Source: a virus
Lineage: Duplodnaviria; Caudoviricetes
IMG/VR virus record: IMGVR_UViG_3300042342_000653
Span: 1 to 45,706 of that record
Length of the DNA stretch: 45,706 nt
Direction: 5' to 3' (one strand)
The notes under the pieces were generated by a model. That model saw only the letters and a program-made list of their open reading frames with translations, had not been told where the DNA came from and did no database searches. The number at the start of each line of letters is the position of its first letter. Position 1 is the first letter of the stretch. Below are positions 26,317 through 38,000 of this stretch, piece after piece. The translations under genes were made by a program, and so were the position numbers.

Positions 26317-27809
26317 TAATCAGAACCTCCAAAATATGTGAACACCGGATTTTCTACATAGGTGTGTTGATTTCTGAGGGCATGTCGAACGGCTACTGCC
26401 AGAGCCATAACAGCGTCCTGCTCCAGCTTCTTGTCGTCCAGCTTGTACGCCAATAGCTGGCGGCGAAGCTGCATCCAGATGCCAGTCCTTGGGAAGCTAA
26501 TCATCTTCTTGTCCATTGTTGCTTTTAGGTCAGACAGGAGCTCAAGCTTCTTTGCTTTAGTCCCGCCAAAGTCATATCCCCTTAGTGGCTTGATGATGCT
26601 GAATTCTTGCTTGAACATCTTGCCACCGAACCCTGTCTCATCTAAGATCGTTGTACAGTTTGAATCTTGATTGTAGAGAAGATGTCCTTCACGAACCATG
26701 TTCACTACTGCTTGTATTGTTTGTTTTCCTGTTCTCGTCCTCGCTCGCACTCCTATTATAGCATCTTTCACAGTATTGTCAAGTGTGATGGCCCAGGTAC
26801 TATCACTAAGGAGGCCTGGGTCGCATCCCTGTACGTACTTGCGCTTGGCGGCCGGTGGCTGCTCTGAGGGTAGACTGTCCACGAAACAGGAGTCAACGGA
26901 GATTGAGCTGAAGTATGCGTTGCTTGCTTCAATAAAGAAGCCGTCAATGTTCTGTGGAATCAGGTATTCTGTCTGCTGCCTGAGGATGGCATCAAATGTG
27001 TCAGCAGCTAGACCAAACCCAACGTTGCCACGGGTAGAAAGCCTGAAGCTAAAGACCTGGGGGTCCCTGTCTTGGTTGGCAGTGTTGCCCATCTCCCACA
27101 GGTCTGCGTAGTCGTTGATACCCTCGGTAGGGGTTCCAATGAAGTGGAGCTGCCCACCCGTTGACAGGCGCCGTAGGTTCAGAACCTCCTGGTAGATCTG
27201 CATAAGGTGAGGCTCAAAGGCAGCCTCGTCAAACGAGATGCCGTTCATGTCCTTGCCTAGGAGCGCCTTCGCCTTCTCTTGGGTAGTCCTAAAGTGGATG
27301 TTGGCCCCTCCGACTAGTGGGTGGAACTGAATCCACAGGTATTCACCGCGGTACTTCTTGGTGTGGTCAATGACCCGACCCATCTCTGAGATTAGGGGGC
27401 AGCCCCGGCCTCTCTGTGCCGGGTGACCGCCCTCTAGAATCATCGAGATTTCGCGGTGCACCAGCTCCGCTGTCTCTTGCTGAATCCCCACGTGGTACCA
27501 CTCGTACGGAGAGTTCTGCCATCGCATCGCGTCTTGGGCGGTCCCGTCGGTTGGCTTAACCCCCAGCTTGTAGAACGCGCTGTGGAACACTGCCACAGCC
27601 ATTCCAAGCGTCTTGCCGGCACGGTTGCCAGCGGAGCATACTGTTGTAAGGTACTTAGGCCTCCAGCCAGACTCGTCTCTGGCTGCCATACCCTGAATCC
27701 ATTCAATTTGCCCTGGGTGGAGCTCAATCCCTAGCCAGCGCTCAGCGAAGAAGACAGGGTCGGTCCTGCCCCTGGTTAGATCTGCAGCTGCCTGGCTGGT
27801 GACTTTCAA
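26316..27809 (-). CDS. terL: Terminase large subunit
   Basis: AGNRAGKT Walker A, FDEAA Walker B, GTP coupling motif, GCDPG and QDAVMA nuclease aspartates. Confidence 0.93.
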   Translation of the reverse strand: MKVTSQAAADLTRGRTDPVFFAERWLGIELHPGQIEWIQGMAARDESGWRPKYLTTVCSAGNRAGKTLGMAVAVFHSAFYKLGVKPTDGTAQDAMRWQNSPYEWYHVGIQQETAELVHREISMILEGGHPAQRGRGCPLISEMGRVIDHTKKYRGEYLWIQFHPLVGGANIHFRTTQEKAKALLGKDMNGISFDEAAFEPHLMQIYQEVLNLRRLSTGGQLHFIGTPTEGINDYADLWEMGNTANQDRDPQVFSFRLSTRGNVGFGLAADTFDAILRQQTEYLIPQNIDGFFIEASNAYFSSISVDSCFVDSLPSEQPPAAKRKYVQGCDPGLLSDSTWAITLDNTVKDAIIGVRARTRTGKQTIQAVVNMVREGHLLYNQDSNCTTILDETGFGGKMFKQEFSIIKPLRGYDFGGTKAKKLELLSDLKATMDKKMISFPRTGIWMQLRRQLLAYKLDDKKLEQDAVMALAVAVRHALRNQHTYVENPVFTYFGGSD

Positions 27810-28096
27810 GCTTTGTTTCTTGAACTAATAGCAGCGGCCTTCTTCTTGGCGTCGGATTTGCTGCTAGCTCCCCATGCCTGAAGGCTAAGGAGCAGGCGAG
27901 TAGGACGGCCCTTCTCGTCTCGCTCCGGCCCCCGCATGTTACCCATACGGGCCAAGAAAGAAGCACGACGTGGATTGTCCCCGGATTTTACTGGAGCCTT
28001 GAGAGTTCCGCCCTTGTAGGAAGCTCGGCCCTTGGCGTTAAGTCCGCCCTTAGGGTTCTTCCCTTCTTTACGCGTCCAAGCTGGCGTCTTTGCCAT
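27806..28096 (-). CDS. Small basic conserved phage protein (DUF6321-like)
   Basis: AWTRKEGKNPKGGLNAKGRASY..RRASFLARM..SLQAWG; GGAGG before the ATG at 28096. Confidence 0.75.
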   Translation of the reverse strand: MAKTPAWTRKEGKNPKGGLNAKGRASYKGGTLKAPVKSGDNPRRASFLARMGNMRGPERDEKGRPTRLLLSLQAWGASSKSDAKKKAAAISSRNKA

Positions 28097-28568
28097 CTGT
28101 AATCTCCTCCGCATGCATTTCAATCATTTCGATTATCGGACCACCACCAAGGATGCTGGCCAGTGATACCGCGAGGTCTCTATCTGCAGACTTCTCTACG
28201 CGACGGTCAATCATCTCTTGAGCCCTAAGGCCCTCTGTGAGCGTTGGCATGAGCACCCCGTCGTCAACCATGCGCATGACTTGGTCCCTAACCAGCTGGG
28301 CAAGGTCTCCCTTTGTCTTAATTGTTCCTTGCTGCTTTTTGAAAGCTGTTACTGCTCTCTTCTTTGCAGTTTGAAACTCGTCTGTTAGGTGCTCTCGCTT
28401 GTGCATACCTAGAGTGATGCGCGAAATGTAGGCATCGTTATCCTTTAGCCACTTAGAGATCTGCGTGTCCGGAGACCCGCGGCGCATCCGCTCAGTGATC
28501 TGCTCGGCAAATGGGCTTCTGCACGCGGCGCACTGCGCCAGCACAGGAGCCTTAGCGAGTTCGTCCAT
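28068..28568 (-). CDS. Putative terminase small subunit
   Basis: CxxC plus HTH plus HxxxH N-terminus, helical C-terminus, upstream of terL. Confidence 0.55.
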   Translation of the reverse strand: MDELAKAPVLAQCAACRSPFAEQITERMRRGSPDTQISKWLKDNDAYISRITLGMHKREHLTDEFQTAKKRAVTAFKKQQGTIKTKGDLAQLVRDQVMRMVDDGVLMPTLTEGLRAQEMIDRRVEKSADRDLAVSLASILGGGPIIEMIEMHAEEITDGKDASLDA

Positions 28569-28761
28569 ACCTAGTGTTGTCCTCGTCCAGCCATCGCTGC
28601 AGCACTAGAAGAGCTGCGCTGATTGCTGATGCCGCAACGGCCTTTACGCCGTCACCGTTAAGGTCAAAGATACTTACTCCAAGACCAAGGAATACCGCAA
28701 TAGCGGTAGATAGGGCTGCCTGGACCGCGTCCAGGGTTGCCGCAATGATCTGATCTTTCAT
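28552..28761 (-). CDS. Nested in-frame holin-like protein (69 aa)
   Basis: AAAGGAGATAACACG-ATG internal RBS and start; two hydrophobic segments and a charged tail. Confidence 0.55.
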   Translation of the reverse strand: MKDQIIAATLDAVQAALSTAIAVFLGLGVSIFDLNGDGVKAVAASAISAALLVLQRWLDEDNTRYGRTR

Positions 28762-29586
28762 CGTGTTATCTCCTTTAGCCACCTCAATCTTGCCGACTAT
28801 GGCCCGGGCGACTTTAAGGGCCAAAACGGTGTCTACTAGCTGGGATGGCGTCTTTACGCTTGGGTAGTCTTTTGGACGCTCCTGGTGGCGCAAATCCGCC
28901 TGTACGGGCGCTTTAGAGGTAGTCCGAGCAGCTTGCGTAGTAGCCACAAGGGCAGATGAGCTTACAGGCACGATCTGTGAGCGAAGATCCGCAATTGGGG
29001 CAGGTGCGGATAACTTCTTCGGGACTGCCGTGAAGATCAGGCAGCGCTTGTGGGGTGCCTCCCCCTTTGATGCCGCAATAGCCTTCAGGTCCGCAAGAGA
29101 GACCACAACTGCATACGCTTCTTTTCCCTTGCCACTCATAGTTGGGTCTGCCCATTGTACTTTCCCTTCGCTCAATGCTGCGCACGTCATGTGACCGTAC
29201 GTCTTCCCCGGGTTTCTCTTTTGATGCGACTTGTGCCATGCGCTCATGGGGACGGTTGCAGGGTAGCCCTTTGCCTGCTGCACGTTGATGCCGACGATAG
29301 CGCCAGCCTTAAGTGCGGCAACCACTTCATCCCATGACTTAGCGTACTTAGGCTTTAAGCCGACAAGCGGCGCTGCCTTCACTAGCTGTAGGAGTGATGT
29401 GGGCGTACCCTGCCCCTCAATGTCCTTCCTACCTACCTTGGTAAGAAACTTTACGCCGTCGAAAGAGTTGTACTTAGAGCCGGTAAGAAAGTTGGCCGCA
29501 GCCATAAGCGCGGCAGGTGCGCAGTCGTCCATCCAGCCACCCTTCTCGATGTTGTCGGTCTGGGTTACGATCTTTAGTTTACTCAT
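28552..29586 (-). CDS. Endolysin (C39/papain-like peptidase) fused to a holin-like membrane domain
   Basis: DDCAPAA, YGHMT and WADP triad; low-complexity linker; two hydrophobic helices at the C-terminus. Confidence 0.75.
   Translation of the reverse strand: MSKLKIVTQTDNIEKGGWMDDCAPAALMAAANFLTGSKYNSFDGVKFLTKVGRKDIEGQGTPTSLLQLVKAAPLVGLKPKYAKSWDEVVAALKAGAIVGINVQQAKGYPATVPMSAWHKSHQKRNPGKTYGHMTCAALSEGKVQWADPTMSGKGKEAYAVVVSLADLKAIAASKGEAPHKRCLIFTAVPKKLSAPAPIADLRSQIVPVSSSALVATTQAARTTSKAPVQADLRHQERPKDYPSVKTPSQLVDTVLALKVARAIVGKIEVAKGDNTMKDQIIAATLDAVQAALSTAIAVFLGLGVSIFDLNGDGVKAVAASAISAALLVLQRWLDEDNTRYGRTR
28913..29239 (-). CDS. Overprinted ORF ending in a zinc ribbon (start uncertain)
   Basis: CPNCG..CKLICPCGYYASCSDY encoded in the -1 frame over the endolysin linker. 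Confidence 0.5.
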   Translation of the reverse strand: MAQVASKEKPGEDVRSHDVRSIERRESTMGRPNYEWQGKRSVCSCGLSCGPEGYCGIKGGGTPQALPDLHGSPEEVIRTCPNCGSSLTDRACKLICPCGYYASCSDYL

Positions 29587-29768
29587 TATCTCCCACCATT
29601 CATCCAGGCCAGTAGCCCCCCAAGTCCGCTTACTCCGAGTAGTGCAATAACGAACTTCGCCAACCTATAAGCTCCGCGGGTCTCCGCAAGCTCTACCTTG
29701 ATCTCGGCAAGATCGACCTCAATGCGGTCTAGTCGCTCAAGGATCTGGTCAACGTTACCTCTAGTCAT
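29586..29768 (-). CDS. Coiled-coil plus single-TM protein (holin/XhlA-like)
   Basis: Heptad stretch followed by a hydrophobic C-terminus; TAATG coupling to the endolysin. Confidence 0.65.
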   Translation of the reverse strand: MTRGNVDQILERLDRIEVDLAEIKVELAETRGAYRLAKFVIALLGVSGLGGLLAWMNGGR

Positions 29769-29769
29769 T

Positions 29770-32069
<2,300 letters not shown>

Positions 32070-32081
32070 TGTATTTCCTTT

Positions 32082-35000
32082 CTATGGTCCGATTCGAGGT
32101 GTAATCTTAATTGCGTTTGTAGGATTGGTTGGAACCCTTGGTCCGTACTTGTTTTGCTGGTTGTTCTTGTTTCCAAATACGTCAGACCAGATGTAGTCTC
32201 CGATTTCAGAACCGGCGAACGAACCGCCAATTGCTCCGAACCCTCCGCCGAACGCCCCGACTGCCCCGCCGAGGATTCCGCCGATAGTCATCATTGCGGC
32301 TCGGCCCATGTCTCCACCAGTTACGGCGGTAAGTCCAAGGTTTGCAGCTGCTCCGATGAGACCCACCTTAGGCGCATACTTCATTGGCAGGAAGTTAATT
32401 GAGTTAAACCCAGCAGATACGGCAAGCGTAGTTGGGTCCAGGTAGCCCTTCCAGGCCATGTAGGCTGCGTCGGCAGCGAACCCGGCTCCGAACCCGCCAC
32501 GACCGTGGAACGCCTTCATTGATCCTGGAGCTTCACGCAGAGGCCTGCCTAGGTCGCTAAGCGCCTTGGTCCAAGGAAGACCCAGTCCGCCGTACATCTT
32601 GCCCTGCTCATACGCCATCATGGCGTTGTGATCCGCTGACCCAACCTCTGGGTTGAATCCGCCATCGCCGAGCGGACCAGTACGAAGCTCCGCAGCAATG
32701 TCTCGTCTTTCAGTGTTTAGTTCGCCCTGAGGGCGTGCGTCAATTTCCCCGTCGGTAGCATCTGCACCGCCGACAATCATCCTCCCAGTCTCTGGGTCAA
32801 TGCCGAGATCTCTGGCGTATCTGCCGCCAATCTCTACGGTGTCGGTTTGGTCTCTCACGTCCTGCGAGTAGCGAACAAAGGCTTCAATGTCCTTGAACTC
32901 ACCGTTAATCCCATGATCAAATAGTCGATGTGCGATGTTATACGGACCAGACTTAACTAGATCGCCGTAGTCAAGTTTCTGAATGACATCGTCGTAGGTC
33001 ACCCGAGTGCCATCTGGCTTAACGTATTCAGCAAGAAGGTCGTCAACAAATACTCGGACGGTAGCGTCTAGCTTGCCCTTGTCCATTTCTGAAAACAGCT
33101 GCAAGATTGCGGCTGATACTTCGCCGTTCCATTGCGACTTCTTTCGGATGACTACCGTTCTTGAGTTATCTTCTGCCCTAAGGTAGTCACGAGTGTCACT
33201 AGTCTGGCGATTAATTAGGGCTGTCTCAGTCTTACCGGCCTGTACGTTCTTCTCGGCCTCTACGATCAAAGCCTTGCGTGCTGTTGTATCTTGACGAACG
33301 CTAGGCTCTGCCTGCAGAGGGTTCTCTGCGGGAAGGAATGTCTCAGTTGTCCGCTGTGGCTGTACTGCCATAATTGGTCTGCCGTCAGTTCCCACGCCCA
33401 TGGTGCCAAGGTATTCTCGTCCGTTGTAGTTAAAGGAGAGTTCCCGCATAAGGTCTGGCGTCGCGTTCTCTCCGAAGATGGCCCATGCGCGCTTGATGAT
33501 TGCTGCCGTGGCAGCCTCTGGCCCCTCGTTGAAGAGATCAAGCAGCTTGTTCTTCCCAAGAACATTGCGCAGGACTGACGGGTCCTCGTCTCCAAGCATG
33601 GTAGCGGCAAGCCTGCTAGCAATCTCCTCAAGGGGGTTGCCTTGGATTCCCTTGCCCAGCTTGGCGGTTACGTCAGGAGAGGAATCGTCTTTAACAGTCA
33701 CCGTTGAGGCGTCGCGAATAATGTTCTCATAGTTCGGAATTCGCTCTCCATCTAGGAGTGCTTGGTACTGTCGCTTCAACAGAGCAAGCTCAGTGGCGTT
33801 CTTTGCTGAACCAGCTGCCTCCTCGATTTGAGAGATTCTTGCCTCTAGCTGAGACCTAGAGAAGCTCTTAACCTCTGCAGGCTCCGGTACGTTAGCAGGC
33901 TTCTCCCTAAGAACCACACCTGTCTCCGTGTCAATGACTTCCCTAAATTTTGCCTGCCTCTCAAGGGTTTCAAGAACTCGTAGGTGAACCTCTGCCTGCC
34001 TACGGAAGTCAGGGACAATTGGCTGCTCGTACCCTGTTTGAGAAAGGGATGTTGGAACATTAAAAATTCTAGCAAAGGTAAAGTGCTCTTCGTCAATTAG
34101 TGAAGATACCGTTGACGCAATTGCTTGCATCGTCCTAACGTCTGGGGTTGATTCGTTTGACCCTAGCGGTTTCATATCGCTACCGTACCCAAGGGCATAC
34201 GCAAATCTGTATGAAAGCCTAGAGATCTCGTCAACGGAAACAATCAAGTCTTCAATAGCTTGAGACTTATCCCCCGGGAAAATAGTTGGATACTTTGCTG
34301 TTACGTCTGTTGACCTTGAAACCAAGGTATTTCTGCTCTTGGTTTCGTTAGGTCGACCCTTAGACACAACTTCTCCGTTTTCAAGGTAGTATTTCCTTGC
34401 CTCTTCGGATGCTGCGGAAACAAACTTAGCCTTGCCATCATTATCCCTGATCTCAACAAGCTCAACAGGAAGATACTTCTCTGCCTTTTTAGCAACCTCA
34501 GAAGGACCGCTAAAGTCAGTACCGGCCATTCTCTCTGTTTCTGTAACTGTTGGAATTACTGCGCGGACACCCTCACCGTCCTGAACAAAGTTTGTGTATT
34601 GCTCAAGGCCAGAGATGGCGGTCCATCTCTTGCTGGCGTCAGCAAACATGATATCCCGCTCTGGTGAATCCCATAGGGCAACCAGGCGCTGAAAATTCTT
34701 TGAGAGATTCCAGCGAGAGCTTCTTCCGACCCCAGTGATGTCGTCAGCGCCGCCAGCAGATGAGCTGGTCATACTCTTAAAATCGGATTCGGTCATGCTC
34801 CCCTTGAGGGCAATCATTGACTGGTCAAATACTTCCTTTGAGGTCCAAGCGCTTGGCGTTTCCGCCAGGATGTCAATCTGGCTAATAATAAAATCAAGAC
34901 GTGCTCGTCGATCAATATCAAAGTTTGTCTCTCGCCCCTTTGGGAGTCCGCCCTGGGTTTGCTCAGCCTTGAAAGAAATATCATCAAAGATCTTGCTACC

Positions 35001-38000
35001 ACGTGCTTCCCGTAGAAGCTGCTCTCGTCGGTAATCAATGTTTTTAGCCTTGTCCCCGCCTGATTTAGTAGGAACATACCCGCTGGTTGTGGTCTCTACG
35101 CCTCGTTCTGGCACCTCAACCGGCTTGAGCCGGAACGGCTTTTTAGGGTCTCCGGTGGGCTCAACCACGTATGGGAGCACCTTTGGGAAGCCATAAGCCT
35201 CAATAAACGAAGGATCTGTGCTAATAACTGCCCCGCCAGGCAAAACTCGCACGTTTGAAGACACATATGTCTGTGGGGAGATGATTCCGGTCACTGTTTC
35301 TGCAAATAAATTAGGAAGGCTCCTGCCCTGAGGGCCAACAATGCCCATTTTCCTAGCTGTTTCAAAGTCTACAGCAATTTCAATGGTATTTAGCTTCTGA
35401 ATAAGCTTTTCTTCTGGGTTTTGTCGGTATTGGGCAGCAACTTCTATTGGATTGACGTCTTTCTTGCCAGTTCCAGCCAGTTTTGCAATCGGGCCAACCA
35501 GCTTTTCCTTTGCTTCAAGAGCTTTAAGGTCAGATGCAAAGTTTCCAGTAAGGTAATTCTTTGTCAGCTCATCAAAAAGGTCTGTTTGGGCAGCCCCGAC
35601 CTTAAGGCCTGACTTGAGAACGTTGCCAAGGCGCACCAGAACGACTTTGTCGTTGTATTCCCCACTAGCGAATGCTCTTGTGGCGGCTGATTCTCTTGAA
35701 ACTGCGTCACTTACTCTGTTGTCAACGGGGCCAACAAGCTTTTCGTTTGGCACTTCGCCAAGGCTACTAGAAAAATTTGGACTGTATCCGCTATTTAGCT
35801 GGAAAATTGGCTTGTTGGTTCCGCGAGCGGAGCGTGTGAACCCGGAAGGAGTAGGAACAACACGCTCCGCTAGCGCGGGGAACATTTCCATCGTGGTCGC
35901 AATTGCCTTGGCAATCTTGGCGCTTTTCTTAGTAGACTCCTTAGGCGTAATCTTTCCATCTGGAGAAAGACGGAAGCTGTATGACTCCTCAACGGCGGCT
36001 TGGAACTTGCGACCAAGGGCTCCGTCGGAGTCCGTAACGGCATCAATGAAGCGCTGTTCTGGTAGGGAGTGGTCCACTTCATCAACTATCGGGCGGTTGA
36101 AAGCCTTTGACTCTTCGCCAAAGTTCCCCATCTCAATTCCCATCGCACGTGCGTAGGCCTCAGCTTGCCTTCGGCTAAATTTAGAGATCTGCTCAATGCG
36201 GTCTGCGCTCAAGTTCTCCCCGCGGCCAACAAGCTTGCTGGCCAGCTCTGCCCCCGGGGACAGTGTTCCGCGGCGACCTTCCCCACCGAAGCGTTGCATC
36301 TTTTGGGATTCAATGGCCAGGGCTGGGTCAGCGTAATCTTTAAGTAGTGAAGAGAGCTTCATAATGACAAGGGAAAGGTCCCTTGCGTTCTTCTCCGAGA
36401 TTGTACCACCCTTGCCAAGCCTGCTATCTGGGCTGATGCCAACCTGTTTAAACTTTCGCTTGGCGTCAGTTACTGCCCTAAGGGCGATAACAAACTTGCG
36501 CATTGTCTCTTCAATGCCTTCCTTTGTGCCCATAGTGTCTGTTGAGTCGGCTGTTGGGACTCCAAATGATCTAGTCTTTCCGGCTGAAAGGTCAACGCCG
36601 TTTTCTGAAGCAATGTCCGCAATCACGTTAGGAATGGTCTTGCCCTTAACGCTCGGATCAAGCTGAGCAATTTTATCTTGCACAGGAGAGTCGTAATACG
36701 TTCCAAATGCCGATGTTGCGCCGACTGTTCGGCTTAATCGAGTTCGGGCAGAAGAGTCGGACACTTTACCGACTGCTAGCTCAGACAATCGTTCCCAAGC
36801 CCTTAGGATACCAGAGTCAACCTTGCTCTCATCAAGTACGCGCTTTGCCTGTGCCTCATACGAAGCCTTCTGCTCAGCAGTATCGGCCATGGCTGCCTTA
36901 GTTTGGAACGATGCAGCGACTTCAACAGCTGCGTTTACTGTACCGCTAACGTAGTAAGATTGTTTTGACCTGAATTTTCCAAAGCGATCAATGGTCGGGA
37001 AGTACTTCCAGTTTTCGTCCGACTGGGACCACTTGACGAGCATCTCGTGCTCCAAGACAGAGGCCGTGTCTGTTTTTACCGGAAGGCTACGTGGCTGTTG
37101 CTTTGCCAAGGAGTATGCCTGGCTCAGTGCGCGAAGAAACCCTGAGCCAAGACCGTCCCCAGTCCAGTGTGATGGCTTACGCCCCTCTGCCTTGCCCGTG
37201 TAATGTGACTGCTTGGCAATCCACTCTTCACCAGTGATGCCCTCTTGCGCGGCAAGCTTGTCAATCGCTACAACAAGACGTGGGTGCTGACGAAGCTTCT
37301 CGGCAACAATCTTGCCCATAATTTCCTCAGCGCGCTTTAGCTTCGTTGCAGCTTGCTCTGGGCTATCCTTTGGCGACTCGCTTAGGTTAAGTTCGTTCTG
37401 ATAATAGAAGAAAGCGTGCTCCGATGACGGGAACACCTTGCCCTCATATACCACTGGGTACTTTGCCTCAATCGTCTTTTGCCCGTAGGAGTCTTGTGGA
37501 AACTCCCTGCCGCTAGCCGTATCAACAAAGTTTACAATGTCGTTAGTAGGATTTGTAAGAGCAGCTCGGAGGCTTCGCTCAAACCGAGACATGCCGTTGA
37601 CATTCTTCCCGGCGTTGCTGTAGATGTTGTTTGGGATTGCCCCTGCGTTAAGACGTGAGTTGCCAGAAGGTGGAGCCGATGGGGCTGGTGTCGCAGCTGG
37701 TGCCACTGGGGTAGGGGCAAGTGTGCCCATAGTTGTGGCAATGCCCTCAAAACGAGCAAGGAAAGCCTCCTTGCCAGTGCGGTCTGTTTTGGCACCACCA
37801 GCACTGCCAGTACGGAACTTCCAAGTCTTGGGAGCAACAACCTTTGCCGGGATGCCAAGCTGTACAGCCGCCTTGACACCAGCCTCGTCTGCCCCAGTTT
37901 GTCCGCCAGATCGAATTGCAATAATCCCGACACCCTTCTTCTGCAAGAAGGCAAGGTCCTTTGCAATCTCCTCAGTTAGTAGTTGAGTGCTAGGCATCCC

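Noticed and set aside
26796-26805. Fourth GGTACTATCA copy
   Set aside because: Inside terL coding sequence without the companion TGCCCGACGG; could be chance
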